Made by a program: the position numbers and the translations under genes. Of a stretch of DNA of 64,000 nucleotides, positions 40,338 through 52,284 are shown one piece after another. The stretch is from Alphaproteobacteria bacterium. Its GTDB lineage: Bacteria > Pseudomonadota > Alphaproteobacteria > UBA828. The stretch's first letter is position 1, and the number at the start of each line of letters is the position of its first letter. Where the stretch lies: assembly GCA_963667785.2 (NCBI GenBank), contig CAXXMU010000006.1:64001-128000 (forward strand). The letters are read 5' to 3'. The notes beneath the pieces were generated by a model, which did no database searches, was not told the DNA's origin, and saw nothing but the letters and a program-made list of their open reading frames with translations.

Positions 40338-41039
40338 ATGACGCCCAGCGCCTTCCGCGCCTTCACCTTCGATTGCTACGGCACCCTCATCGACTGGGAG
40401 CAGGGCATGCTGCGGGCGCTCCGCGCGCTGCCGGGGCTGGACGCCGACGACGACGCGCTGCTCGCCGCCTTCGCCCGGCACGAGCACGCCATCCAGGAGG
40501 AGCACCCGGCGATGCTCTACCCGGAGGTGCTGGGCCGGGTGGCGAAGGCGATCGCGGCCGACTTCGGCCGCGCGGCGTCGGACGCGAAGGCGGCCGCCTT
40601 CGGTGCCTCGATCGCCGACTGGCCGCCCTTCCCGGACACGGTAGCCGCGCTTGACTACCTCAAGCAGCACGGGCTGCTGGTGGTGCTCTCCAACGTGGAC
40701 CGCGCGTCGTTCGCCGAGAGCGCCCGGCGCCTGGGCGATCCCTTCCACGCGGTCGTCACCGCCGAGGACGTGGGCAGCTACAAGCCGGCGCCGGCCCACT
40801 TCGCGCGGGCCAAGGCGCTGCTCGCCAAAGACGGCATCGCGCCCGGCGAGATACTCCACGTGGCCCAGAGCCTCTTCCACGACGTGCAGCCGGGCCGGGC
40901 CGCCGGGCTCGCCACCTGCTGGATCGACCGCCGTGCGGGCCGCCCCGGCGGCGCCACGCCGCCGGTCGACGTGGAGCCCGACATCCGCTTCACCGACCTC
41001 GCCCAGCTCGCCGCCTGGCACCGCGCAGGTAGCGGCTGA
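40338..41039 (+). CDS. HAD-superfamily hydrolase (haloacid dehalogenase type II-like)
   Basis: FDCYGTLIDWE, LSNVD, SYKP, HVAQSLFHD. Confidence 0.9.
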   Translation: MTPSAFRAFTFDCYGTLIDWEQGMLRALRALPGLDADDDALLAAFARHEHAIQEEHPAMLYPEVLGRVAKAIAADFGRAASDAKAAAFGASIADWPPFPDTVAALDYLKQHGLLVVLSNVDRASFAESARRLGDPFHAVVTAEDVGSYKPAPAHFARAKALLAKDGIAPGEILHVAQSLFHDVQPGRAAGLATCWIDRRAGRPGGATPPVDVEPDIRFTDLAQLAAWHRAGSG

Positions 41040-41045
41040 GCGCTG

Positions 41046-41218
41046 GAGCGTTTCCGTTCAGCACGCAAACGCTCCCGCTCTTCGTCGCTCACGGCAGCCG
41101 GCCGTCCCGCTACCCCGCGCGCGGGCCGGCGCGACGGCCGGCGCCTGCGCGGGCGCGCCGCATGAGCGGCGGGCCGCGGTCGCGGCCTGTCGCGTATCCG
41201 TCAAAGACGGATACGCTC
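41046..41218. repeat. element B: GC-rich element with terminal hairpins
   Basis: Ends GCGTATCCGTCAAAGACGGATACGCTCTA; inverted copy at 49667-49811. Confidence 0.85.
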
Positions 41219-41296
41219 TATCGGCGCCCTAACGGGCGAGCTTGACATTTCATGATCCAGGAAGCTAAGCCTTCGGAGACGGATCGAGGCCCCGCC

Positions 41297-41524
41297 ATGA
41301 CGCAGACCCGCGAGAAGTTCGCCACCCAGGTCGACGGCGCCCTGCTCGCCGACCTGCGCGGGCTGGCCAAGCAGGAGGGCCGCCAGATCCAGGCGCTCGT
41401 CGAGGAGGCGATCGCGGCGCTGATCGAGCAGCGGCGGCAGGGCACGGTGCGCCCGCACGTGATGAGCGCCTACCAGAGGAGCCACGCCCGCTACGCTTCG
41501 CTCTACGAGAAACTCGCGCGGTGA
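41297..41524 (+). CDS. putative RHH-type antitoxin
   Basis: 75 aa, REKFATQVD...GRQIQALVEEAI; GTGA overlap with the Doc gene; TTGACA upstream. Confidence 0.75.
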   Translation: MTQTREKFATQVDGALLADLRGLAKQEGRQIQALVEEAIAALIEQRRQGTVRPHVMSAYQRSHARYASLYEKLAR

Positions 41525-41901
41525 CGCGGGACTATCTGACCCTCGCCGACATTCTTGCCATCCACGCCGATCAGATCGCGACCTATGGCGGTGCGGCGGG
41601 CGTGCGCGATCCAGGCCAGCTCGAGGCCGCGCTGTTCCGGCCGCAAAGCGGCTACTACGCCGATGCGATCGCCGAGGCGGCCGCGCTCTGGGAAAGCCTC
41701 TCGCAGAACCATCCCTTCGTGGACGGCAACAAGCGCACGGCCTTCGCCGCGACCTTCACCTTCCTCGCCATCAACGGCATCGACCTGACGGCCGGCGCCG
41801 ACGAGACGTGGGCCTTCCTCTCACGCCTCTACGACCGTCACGAATTCACGCTTGCCGTGCTCGACGCGTGGCTCCGCGAGCACACGCGGCCCGAGCGTTA
41901 G
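41521..41901 (+). CDS. Doc-family (death-on-curing) toxin
   Basis: GVRDPGQLEAA, NHPFVDGNKRTA (Doc-type, lacks the Fic G..R pattern). Confidence 0.9.
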   Translation: MTRDYLTLADILAIHADQIATYGGAAGVRDPGQLEAALFRPQSGYYADAIAEAAALWESLSQNHPFVDGNKRTAFAATFTFLAINGIDLTAGADETWAFLSRLYDRHEFTLAVLDAWLREHTRPER

Positions 41902-42124
41902 AGCGTTATCCGACCATACGAGGTCACCACGGCCTGCACGACTCCCACCTCCCCCTGTCCCCCTCCCCCAGAGGCGGAGGGGGAACGTAGACGGCACTGG
42001 CAAATTCTCCCTCTCCGCCCCTGGGGGCGGAGAGGGCCGGGGTGAGGTGGGGGACAGCCGCACTGCGTGCGAACGGGGGAGCGTGCGACAACCGGACGTG
42101 GCCCCGTCTGGTCAGAACTTGCGC
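41901..42124. repeat. modular palindromic element C
   Basis: TA|GAGCGTTATCCGACCATACG...CGTCTGGTCAGAACTTGCGC|TA degenerate TIRs; same core as A and D; starts at the doc TAG. Confidence 0.88.
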
Positions 42125-42135
42125 TAGCCGCCCGC

Positions 42136-42510
42136 CTACTCGTGGACGTCGAAGCGGAAGGACTTCGAGACGATTTTCCACTCGCCGTCGATCCTGATGA
42201 GGGAGAGGTAATCGGTGAAGTAGCGCGGATGGATCGCGCACTCGCAGGTCACGACGGCGGTGTTGTCGTCCGACATGTCGATGGAGACGATGCGGTCGTG
42301 GCGCGCCTCTCCCTTGGACGCCGGCGGCACGCGCCCCCGCACGATCTCGAACCACTCCTCGCGCGGCCAGTCGACGAACGCGCCGTCCATGTTCGCGAAC
42401 AGACGGGAGGACGGGTGAAAGATCGTGGCGAGCTTCTCCGTGTCGCACTCGTAGAGCCCGTCGAAATAGACCTGCACGACGTCGGTGATCTCTTGGTAGC
42501 TGCTGCTCAT
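42136..42510 (-). CDS. NTF2-like (putative lumazine-binding) family protein
   Basis: YFDGLY..D...L...FHP, FTDYLSL...DGEWKIVSK. Confidence 0.82.
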   Translation of the reverse strand: MSSSYQEITDVVQVYFDGLYECDTEKLATIFHPSSRLFANMDGAFVDWPREEWFEIVRGRVPPASKGEARHDRIVSIDMSDDNTAVVTCECAIHPRYFTDYLSLIRIDGEWKIVSKSFRFDVHE

Positions 42511-42700
42511 GGACGGCTCCTTCCGTTGCCCGTGGCCCGGTGTTCCGGCTCAGCGCCCCGTATAGGCGTTTTCGCCGGCAGGCAACAGCCGTCTCGCCCC
42601 GCACAATCTTGAGTCCCGGGCGCGTGGCCGTGCTACCGTTGCGGCAGGTGACCTGACGAGCCCGCCGGGCGTGGCGCCGGGACGGGCGGGAGGGGGAGCG

Positions 42701-43891
42701 ATGAAGACCGTCATGCGCGAGAAGCAGTGGGCGGAGAAGTACCCCGCGCTCGGCACCGGGCCGGTGCCGACGGAGCCCTACTTCTCCGACGAGCATTACG
42801 CGCTGGAGCGCGACCTGATCTTCCGCCGCACCTGGATCAACGTCGGCCGCGTGGACGACGTGCCCGAGCCCGGCGACTTCTTCGTGCGCGAGATCGCCAT
42901 CTGCAAGGTCTCGGTGCTCGTCATGCGGGGCTCGGACGGCGTCGTGCGCTGCTTCCACAACGTCTGCTCGCACCGCGGCAACACGCTGGTGCTGAACGAG
43001 CGGGGCTCGTGCCCGGGCAGCGTCTACTGCCACTTCCACAACTGGGTCTACAGCGACACGGGCCAGCTCATCCGGGTGCCGGACGAGGAGAATTTTTTCG
43101 ACCTCGACAAGGCCGAGCATGGGCTGACACCGATCAAGTCGGACATCTGGGAGGGCTTCGTCTTCGTCCACCTGGACCCGGAGCCTGCGGAGACGCTGCG
43201 GGAGTATCTCGGCGGTGTGGCGGAGCAGCTCGACGGCTGCCCCTTCCACGAGATGCCGCTGATGCAGACCTACCTGGTGAACGAGCGGGCCAACTGGAAG
43301 GTCGGGCTCGACGCCCAGAACGAGCTCTACCACCTGCCCTTCCAGCACCGCCGCATCTTGGGCGACAGCTTCATGATGAACGACAGCGGCCACTGCCGCT
43401 TCCAGGACGTCAATCTCTACAACTACCACACCGTCTGGTCGTGCGAGTACGACCCCACCCACAAGCCGACGCCGCTGGAGGCCATGCTGTTCGCCGCCGA
43501 GGAGGGCGTCCCGCTGATCCGCTACCCGCAGATGATCGGCGAATTCGACTTCTTCGTGATCTTCCCGAACTTCGTGATCCTGCTGTTCGAGGTCGGCAAC
43601 GCGGTGAGCTACGTCAGCTACAACTTCTGGCCGCTCGCGGTGGACCGGACGATCTGGGAGATCCGCATGCACTTCAAGGAGCCCGTGTCCTCGCGCGAGC
43701 GCTTCCGGCAGGAATACTTCAAGTGCCTCATCCGCGACACGCTGCAGGAGGACACGGTCGCGCACGAGAACGTGCACGCGGGCCTCGCGTCGGGCGCGAA
43801 GCCACACGTGATCCTGCAGGACGACGAGGCGCCGATCCGCTACTTCCACAAGGTCCTGGAGGACCATGTGGGGTTCTACCGGAACGCCTAG
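42701..43891 (+). CDS. Rieske aromatic ring-hydroxylating oxygenase alpha subunit
   Basis: NVCSHRG...CHFHNW Rieske ligands; ANWK, ELYHLPFQH and QED mononuclear-iron ligands. Confidence 0.9.
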   Translation: MKTVMREKQWAEKYPALGTGPVPTEPYFSDEHYALERDLIFRRTWINVGRVDDVPEPGDFFVREIAICKVSVLVMRGSDGVVRCFHNVCSHRGNTLVLNERGSCPGSVYCHFHNWVYSDTGQLIRVPDEENFFDLDKAEHGLTPIKSDIWEGFVFVHLDPEPAETLREYLGGVAEQLDGCPFHEMPLMQTYLVNERANWKVGLDAQNELYHLPFQHRRILGDSFMMNDSGHCRFQDVNLYNYHTVWSCEYDPTHKPTPLEAMLFAAEEGVPLIRYPQMIGEFDFFVIFPNFVILLFEVGNAVSYVSYNFWPLAVDRTIWEIRMHFKEPVSSRERFRQEYFKCLIRDTLQEDTVAHENVHAGLASGAKPHVILQDDEAPIRYFHKVLEDHVGFYRNA

Positions 43892-43934
43892 GCCGCGCGG
43901 CCGGGACGACGGGGAGACGGAGGGAACGCGCAGC

Positions 43935-44258
43935 ATGGCCGAGGCAGCGCTGCCGGAGGCGTTCGCGGACCTCGCTCCCTGGCTCGACTGGGCGCTGGAG
44001 CCGGAGCGCGCGCGCACGGCGAAGAAGGTCGCCTCCTCGATGGAGGAGATCAACGCCTTCTACGACGCCGTGATGCCCCGGATGGAAGAGATCATCGCCT
44101 ATATGGACGGCGTCCCGGCCGACGACAGGCCCGCGCCGGCGCACCGCCTCTACCTGCTCACGCTCTCGCTGGTGGAGGTCGCCAACCTGGCGGAGGTCTA
44201 CAAGCGCCGCGAGGTCATCGAGGCCTGCGACCCGCTGCACTTCAACCCGCAGCGCTGA
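43935..44258 (+). CDS. hypothetical protein downstream of the Rieske oxygenase
   Basis: 107 aa, LP..FADL...WAL..E..R...SSMEEI.AFYDA; RBS GGAGGG. Confidence 0.7.
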   Translation: MAEAALPEAFADLAPWLDWALEPERARTAKKVASSMEEINAFYDAVMPRMEEIIAYMDGVPADDRPAPAHRLYLLTLSLVEVANLAEVYKRREVIEACDPLHFNPQR

Positions 44259-44271
44259 GGGGGCGAAGAGC

Positions 44272-46071
44272 CTACCCGTCCTCCCCCGTCTCCCGCTTGG
44301 GCGGTAGGTCGAGGGCGAGGCTGAGCTCCTTCAGGTGCCGCGCCGGCACCGGCGCCGGCGCTCCCATCATCAGGTCCTGCGCCGTCTGGTTCAGCGGGAA
44401 CATGATGACCTCGCGGATGTTGGGCTCGTCCGAGAGCAGCATGACGATGCGGTCGATCCCCGGCGCGATGCCGCCGTGGGGCGGCGCGCCGTACTGGAAG
44501 GCGTGGTAGAGGGCGCCGAAGCGGCGCTTCACCTCGTCCTCGTCGTAACCCGCGATCTCGAACGCCTTCACCATGAGGTCGGGCTGGTGATTGCGGATCG
44601 CGCCGCTGGAGAGCTCCACCCCGTTGCAGACGATGTCGTACTGGTAGGCGAGCACGTCGAGCGGGTCCTGGCTCTCCAGCGCCTCCATCCCTCCCTGGGG
44701 CATGGAGAAGGGGTTGTGGCTAAAGCCGATGGCGCCGGTCTGCTCGTCGCGCTCGAACATCGGGTAGTCGATGATCCAGCAGAAGGCGAAGGTGTCCTCG
44801 TCGATCAGGTCGAGCCGCCGGCCGAGCTCGAGGCGCACGGCGCCGGCGTAGCGCGCGGCGGCCTCAGGCGTGTCGCAGCTCAGGAAGACCGCGTCGCCGT
44901 CCTCGAGCCCCGCGATGCTGCGGATCTCCTCCTGCACCGCGTCCGGCACGAACTTGGCGATCGGCCCCTTGCCGGCGCCGTCGGCGAAGGTGATGTAGCC
45001 GAGGCCGGGCGCGCCGAGGCTCTGGGCGTACTCGATCATCTTGTCGAAGAAGCTGCGCGGCTGCGAGGCTACACCCTTGACCGGGATGCCGCGCACGACG
45101 CCGCCCCTGGCGATGGTGCCCTTGAAGGCCTTGAAGGTGACCGCGTCGTTGCCGAACTGCGCGGTGAGGTCGACGATCTCGATGGGGATTCGCAGATCCG
45201 GCTTGTCGGTGCCGTAGCGCAGCATCGCGTCCCTGTAGGCGAAGCGCGGGAAGGGCGGCGCGGTCACGCTGCGCTCGGTGAACTCGGTGAAGACGCCGTG
45301 CATCACGGGCTCAAGGGCCGCGAACACGTCCTCCTGCTCCACGAACGCCATCTCGATGTCGAGCTGGTAGAACTCGCCGGGCGAGCGGTCGGCGCGCGCA
45401 TCCTCGTCGCGGAAGCAGGGCGCGATCTGGAAGTAGCGGTCGAAGCCGGACGCCATGACGAGCTGCTTGAACTGCTGCGGCGCCTGCGGCAGCGCGTAGA
45501 AGGTGCCGGGGTGGAGCCGGCTCGGCACCAGGAAGTCGCGGGCGCCCTCGGGCGAGCTCGCGGTCAGGATCGGCGTGTGGCACTCCATGAAGCCGAGCTC
45601 CACCATGTGCCGGCGGATGCTGGCGACGATCGCGCTGCGGCGCTCCATGTTCCGGTGCATGCGCTCGCGGCGCAGGTCGAGGAAGCGGTAGCGGAGCCGC
45701 ACCTCCTCGCCGTAGTCGTGCTCGCCGTGCACCGGCAGCGGCAGGGTGTCTGCGGCGTTCTGCACCTCCATCTCGGCGATGCGGACCTCGACCTCTCCGG
45801 TGGGAATCCTGGGGTTCACGGTCTCGTCGTCGCGCCTGACCACGGGCCCCGTCACGGTCGCCACGGTCTCCGCCTTGAGCGCCGTCACCGCGTCGAACAG
45901 CGGCTCGCCGGATTCGGCCACGCACTGGGTGATGCCGTAGTGGTCGCGCAGGTCCACGAAGACGAGATGGCCGTGATCGCGCACCCGGTGGACCCAGCCG
46001 GAGAGGCGCACGCGGGAGCCGATGTCGGACGGCCTCAGCGCGCCGCAGGTATGCGTTCGGTATCGATGCAT
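44272..46071 (-). CDS. aspS: aspartate--tRNA ligase
   Basis: [50 protein letters not shown]. Confidence 0.97.
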   Translation of the reverse strand: MHRYRTHTCGALRPSDIGSRVRLSGWVHRVRDHGHLVFVDLRDHYGITQCVAESGEPLFDAVTALKAETVATVTGPVVRRDDETVNPRIPTGEVEVRIAEMEVQNAADTLPLPVHGEHDYGEEVRLRYRFLDLRRERMHRNMERRSAIVASIRRHMVELGFMECHTPILTASSPEGARDFLVPSRLHPGTFYALPQAPQQFKQLVMASGFDRYFQIAPCFRDEDARADRSPGEFYQLDIEMAFVEQEDVFAALEPVMHGVFTEFTERSVTAPPFPRFAYRDAMLRYGTDKPDLRIPIEIVDLTAQFGNDAVTFKAFKGTIARGGVVRGIPVKGVASQPRSFFDKMIEYAQSLGAPGLGYITFADGAGKGPIAKFVPDAVQEEIRSIAGLEDGDAVFLSCDTPEAAARYAGAVRLELGRRLDLIDEDTFAFCWIIDYPMFERDEQTGAIGFSHNPFSMPQGGMEALESQDPLDVLAYQYDIVCNGVELSSGAIRNHQPDLMVKAFEIAGYDEDEVKRRFGALYHAFQYGAPPHGGIAPGIDRIVMLLSDEPNIREVIMFPLNQTAQDLMMGAPAPVPARHLKELSLALDLPPKRETGEDG

Positions 46072-46198
46072 GGCGGGAGGCCCAGTGGCGTTTCGGATGG
46101 AGGCAAGGGAGGCCCGTGGGGTCCGGACCGGGCCGGAAAAGCGCACGGAACCGGCTGCCTTGTCAAGCGCGGCCCCGGCCCGGTGCCGGACCCTGCTC

Positions 46199-46422
46199 GA
46201 GCAATTTCCGAGCTGATGGGTTCACGGCGATCCGAAATCCACCTCCCCCTGTCCCCCTCCCCCAAAGGCGGAGGGGGAACGCAGGCGGTACCGCCCGTTA
46301 CTCCCTCTCCGCCCCTGGGGGCGGAGAGGGTCGGGGTGAGGTGGGGGAAGCTCGGGCGGCACCGCACGAGGAGTGGGCACCCGCGCCAACTCGCTGCGAT
46401 CGCGTCCGAGCGAAAAGTGCCC
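46199..46422. repeat. modular palindromic element D
   Basis: Core and right arm match the reverse complement of element A; ends at the CTA stop of the GFA gene. Confidence 0.88.
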
Positions 46423-46844
46423 TATCTCCTGCGCTGGGGCATGCCCTCGTCGTGGGGGAGGTCCGGGTGCATCAGCGCCCAGGGCTGCGCGCTGACCACA
46501 TAGATCTCCCGGCTGGGCTCGTACCAGCTCGGGTCGTCCAGGCTGCCCGCATAGAGCCCCCGCACGCCGGCATGCGCGCCGTTGGTCAGGAAGAGCGGCG
46601 AGCCGCAGTCCGGGCAGAAGGCGCGGCGCATGGGATGTCCGCCGTCCGAGGGCCGCTCGTACCAGCTCGGGTCGCCGCCGAGCAGCGAGAAGTCGTCCTC
46701 CTTCACCACCAGGACCGGCATGTAGGGACCGCCGGTCGCCTGCTGGCAGTGGGTGCAATGGCAGTTGCCCATGTAGCGCGGCGCCGCCGCGCACTCGTAG
46801 CGAATGGCGCCGCATGCGCAGCCGCCGCCGAAGGGGAGGTCCAT
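46422..46844 (-). CDS. GFA (glutathione-dependent formaldehyde-activating) family protein
   Basis: GGCACGAIRY, CHCTHCQ, FCPDCGSPL. Confidence 0.9.
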   Translation of the reverse strand: MDLPFGGGCACGAIRYECAAAPRYMGNCHCTHCQQATGGPYMPVLVVKEDDFSLLGGDPSWYERPSDGGHPMRRAFCPDCGSPLFLTNGAHAGVRGLYAGSLDDPSWYEPSREIYVVSAQPWALMHPDLPHDEGMPQRRR

Positions 46845-46874
46845 GCCCGTTTCTCCTCGTGCGCCGGCGGCTCC

Positions 46875-47363
46875 CTACTCCCCGCCCTGCCTGTAGCGTT
46901 CGATGGCCTCGGCCAGCTCCTCGGTCTCCTCGCAGGAGGCGCAGATCTCCGTCAGGGCCGCCAGGTGATGCTCGGCCATGGCCAGATCGCCGACCAGGAG
47001 ATAGGCCTCGCCCACGTACTCGTGGGCGCCGAGATGCCTGGGGTCGAGGTCCAGCGCCCGCGCATAGTGCTCGAACGCCTCGTCGAGGCGGTCGAGATGG
47101 CGATAGCTGTAGGCGAGCAGGTTGAAGACGTCGGCGTTCCGCGCATCGGCCTCGGCGGCGCGTTCGAGGAAGGCTGCGGCGCGCTCCCAGTCGCCGGCCT
47201 CGATCGCCTGCTTGCCGCGCTCGATGTTGCGCTTGTCGGCCTCGGCCGCCGCGTTGCTCGAGCCGGTGCTGGTGCCGGCGGCCAGGGCGTCGGACGCCTG
47301 GAGCCCGGCACAGGTCGCGGCCAGCAGGGCGATGGCGGTGAATATCCTCACGCATGTGGTCAT
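46875..47363 (-). CDS. secreted tetratricopeptide-repeat protein
   Basis: Signal peptide, [25 protein letters not shown]-terminal CxxC. Confidence 0.8.
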   Translation of the reverse strand: MTTCVRIFTAIALLAATCAGLQASDALAAGTSTGSSNAAAEADKRNIERGKQAIEAGDWERAAAFLERAAEADARNADVFNLLAYSYRHLDRLDEAFEHYARALDLDPRHLGAHEYVGEAYLLVGDLAMAEHHLAALTEICASCEETEELAEAIERYRQGGE

Positions 47364-47406
47364 GTCGCACCTCCGGCGTGGGTTCGGGTCCGGGGCGGCC
47401 CCGGCC

Positions 47407-49666
<2,260 letters not shown>

Positions 49667-49667
<1 letters not shown>

Positions 49668-49811
49668 AGTGTATCCGTCTTTGACGGATACGCGACAGGC
49701 CGCGACTGCGGCCCGCCGCTTATGCGGCGCCCTCGCGGAGGCGCCGGCCACAGGCCGGCTGCCGTGAGCGACAAGGACGCTAGAGCGTGTCCGTGTAAAG
49801 CGGACACGCTC
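49667..49811. repeat. element E1 (inverted copy of element B), TA-flanked
   Basis: Begins at the TAG stop; ends in the hairpin CTAGAGCGTGTCCG-N7-CGGACACGCTCTAG. Confidence 0.85.
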
Positions 49812-49813
49812 TA

Positions 49814-50023
49814 GCGTCCTGTTTCCGAAGTTCGCACGATTTCGGAGTGGGCGTCCGACCTGCACGAACCATCCAAATTTCATCGTCACGCCCGGACTTG
49901 TTCCGGGCATCTCGCTCAGCCAGACCCGTCGAACACTGAACAAACACGTGGATGGCCGGGACAAGCCCGGCCATGACGTGTTGGGATTTCCCGCAGTTCT
50001 TGCGAACGTCTCGATCGGGACGC
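49814..50023. repeat. element E2: CGTC REPIN (49884-49978) inside GCGTCC...GGACGC termini
   Basis: Left arm shared with copy G, right arm TCTCGATCGGGACRC shared with copy H. Confidence 0.85.
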
Positions 50024-50053
50024 CAGTTGCCGGGGCGGCGCGGGGGAGTCGCG

Positions 50054-50836
50054 TCAGAGCGGCGCGAGGCTCGCCGTCAGGCCCTCGTCCGCGACCAGCA
50101 CGGCGCCGTAGAACGCGGCCGACTCCGCGGTGCAGAGGAAGAGCGCCGCGCTCACGATATCCTCGGGCTCGGCGAAGGCGCGGCCGCTCGGATTCTGCCG
50201 CTCGAAGCGCCGGATCATCTCCTCGTTCCCCGGCTCGCGCATCCAGGCGTTCATCGGCGTGCGCACGTTGCCCGGCGCGATGGCGTTCACGTGGATGCCG
50301 TGGCCGGCGAGCTCGGTGCCGAGGGAGCGGGTGAGCAGGATGACGCCCCCCTTGCTCGCCGCGTAGGCTGCCGATTCCGAGAGCCCCATGACGCCCGCCA
50401 CCGAGGCGAAGGTGACGACGTGGCCGCCGCCGGCCTCGATCATCCCCGGCAGCACGGCGCGGACGACGTGGAAGGTACCCTTGAGGTTGATATCGATCAT
50501 GCGGTCGAACCGGGCAACGGCGTCCGTCTCCATCACGGGCGTCGGGTGCCAGATCGCGGCGGCGTTGACCGCGATGTCGACGGGTCCGAGGTTCCGCGCC
50601 GCCCGGGCGACGGCGTCGTCGACCGCCGCTGCGTCGCTCACGTCCGCGCTCAGCGCAAGGGCGTGGCCGCCTGCGGCGCGGATCTCGTCCGCCACCGCGT
50701 CCAGGGCCGCCGCGTCCGCCTTGTCGAGAAGGGCGATGCGCGCGCCTTCGGCTGCGAAGCGCGCCGCAACGGCGCGGCCGATGCCCGAGCCTGCGCCGGT
50801 CACCAGCGCCACGCGCCCTTCGAGCCTCATCGCCAT
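50054..50836 (-). CDS. SDR family oxidoreductase
   Basis: TGAGSGIG, YAASK, VNAIAPG. Confidence 0.92.
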   Translation of the reverse strand: MAMRLEGRVALVTGAGSGIGRAVAARFAAEGARIALLDKADAAALDAVADEIRAAGGHALALSADVSDAAAVDDAVARAARNLGPVDIAVNAAAIWHPTPVMETDAVARFDRMIDINLKGTFHVVRAVLPGMIEAGGGHVVTFASVAGVMGLSESAAYAASKGGVILLTRSLGTELAGHGIHVNAIAPGNVRTPMNAWMREPGNEEMIRRFERQNPSGRAFAEPEDIVSAALFLCTAESAAFYGAVLVADEGLTASLAPL

Positions 50837-50970
50837 CTCCCCCGCTGCCCGCCCGTCCCGCCGGGCGCATGGACGGTCATCTGCGCTCCTCCTATAGTGG
50901 AGGCCCCGGCGCTCAACAACAGATGCGGAATCAAGACGACGTCCGGGCAAGAGACGGGAGGGAATGAACG

Positions 50971-52200
50971 ATGCTGGGCAGACTGACGGCATTTCTGGCA
51001 CTGACGGCGCTCGTAGCGGCGCCGATAGCGCATCAGGAACAGGCGAAGGCCGACGACCACGAGGTGGTGATCGGCTTCGCGATCGCGCTGAGCGGCTGGA
51101 TGAACCAGTACGACGGCCCGCCCTATCAGGGCTCCCTGATGGCGATCGACGAGTTCAACGCGGCGGGAGGCATCCTCGGCAAGCAGATCCGCGCCGTGGT
51201 CTCGGATACCAAGACCGACACGGTGCAGGGCGCCAAGGCGGGCGCCGACGTGGTGGCGCAGGGGGCGCAGTTCATGGTGGTCTCCTGCGACTACGACATG
51301 GGCGCGCCTGCCGCCACGGTCGCCAACAGCAACAACATGATCTCGATCTCGTCGTGTGCGTCCGACGCCAAGATGGGGGTGCAGGGCATCGGCCCTTATG
51401 CCTTCACGCTCAACACCTACGGCCAGGGCGAGGGCGCGGGCATGGCGAAGTACGCCTACGTGGACCGGGGCTGGCGCAACGCCTACCTGCTGCTCGATGC
51501 CTCGATCGAGTACGACAAGAGCATCTGCCACGGCTTCCTGGAGCAGTGGAAGGACTATGGCGGGACGGTGATCGGCGTCGACAGCTACATGCAGGAAGAC
51601 GCCTCCATCGCCTCGCAGATCACCCGCTACAAGGAGCTGGCGGCTGAGCGCGGCGAGCCCGAAATGCTCTATCTCTGCTCCTACGGCGGCGGCGCGGTGA
51701 GCGCGATCCGCCAGATCCGGGCGGCCGGGATCGACGTGCCCATCGGCGGCGGCGATTCGATGGACGGCGACTACTGGGCGGAAGCCGTGCCGGGGCTGAG
51801 CGACCACTACGCGTCGTCCTTCGGCTCGATCTGGGGCGACGACCCTAGGCCGGAAGTCAACGCGTTCTTCGACCGCTACCGGGAGAAGTACGGCGAGCCC
51901 GAGACCTCGTTCCCGCTCAACGGCTACAGCGTGATCCAGGCGATCAAGGTGGCGGCCGAGCGGGCGGGCTCCCTCGATTCGGACGCCGTGCTGGCGGAGA
52001 TGAACAAGTTCGACAAGGAGCCGCTGCTCTGGGGTCCGACCACCTACACGGCGGACACCCACATCGACCTGACCCACGTGCTGACCATCATCCAGATCCA
52101 GGACGGCAAGGGCAGCTATGCGGGCCAGGGCGGTGCGGAGAACCCGCCGGCGCTGCAGCTCATCTTCCCGGACTTCACCGAGGACCTGTACGAGAACTGA
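50971..52200 (+). CDS. LIV-type ABC transporter substrate-binding protein
   Basis: Signal peptide, N..GGILGK, type 1 periplasmic binding pattern; heads a livHMGF-like operon. Confidence 0.88.
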   Translation: MLGRLTAFLALTALVAAPIAHQEQAKADDHEVVIGFAIALSGWMNQYDGPPYQGSLMAIDEFNAAGGILGKQIRAVVSDTKTDTVQGAKAGADVVAQGAQFMVVSCDYDMGAPAATVANSNNMISISSCASDAKMGVQGIGPYAFTLNTYGQGEGAGMAKYAYVDRGWRNAYLLLDASIEYDKSICHGFLEQWKDYGGTVIGVDSYMQEDASIASQITRYKELAAERGEPEMLYLCSYGGGAVSAIRQIRAAGIDVPIGGGDSMDGDYWAEAVPGLSDHYASSFGSIWGDDPRPEVNAFFDRYREKYGEPETSFPLNGYSVIQAIKVAAERAGSLDSDAVLAEMNKFDKEPLLWGPTTYTADTHIDLTHVLTIIQIQDGKGSYAGQGGAENPPALQLIFPDFTEDLYEN

Positions 52201-52284
52201 CGCGCGTTACGCCGGGGCCGGTCCGCCGCAAGGCGGGCCGGCGCCGGCCTTCGCCCCCGTAGCGACTTCCTTTCAGGGAGCGTC

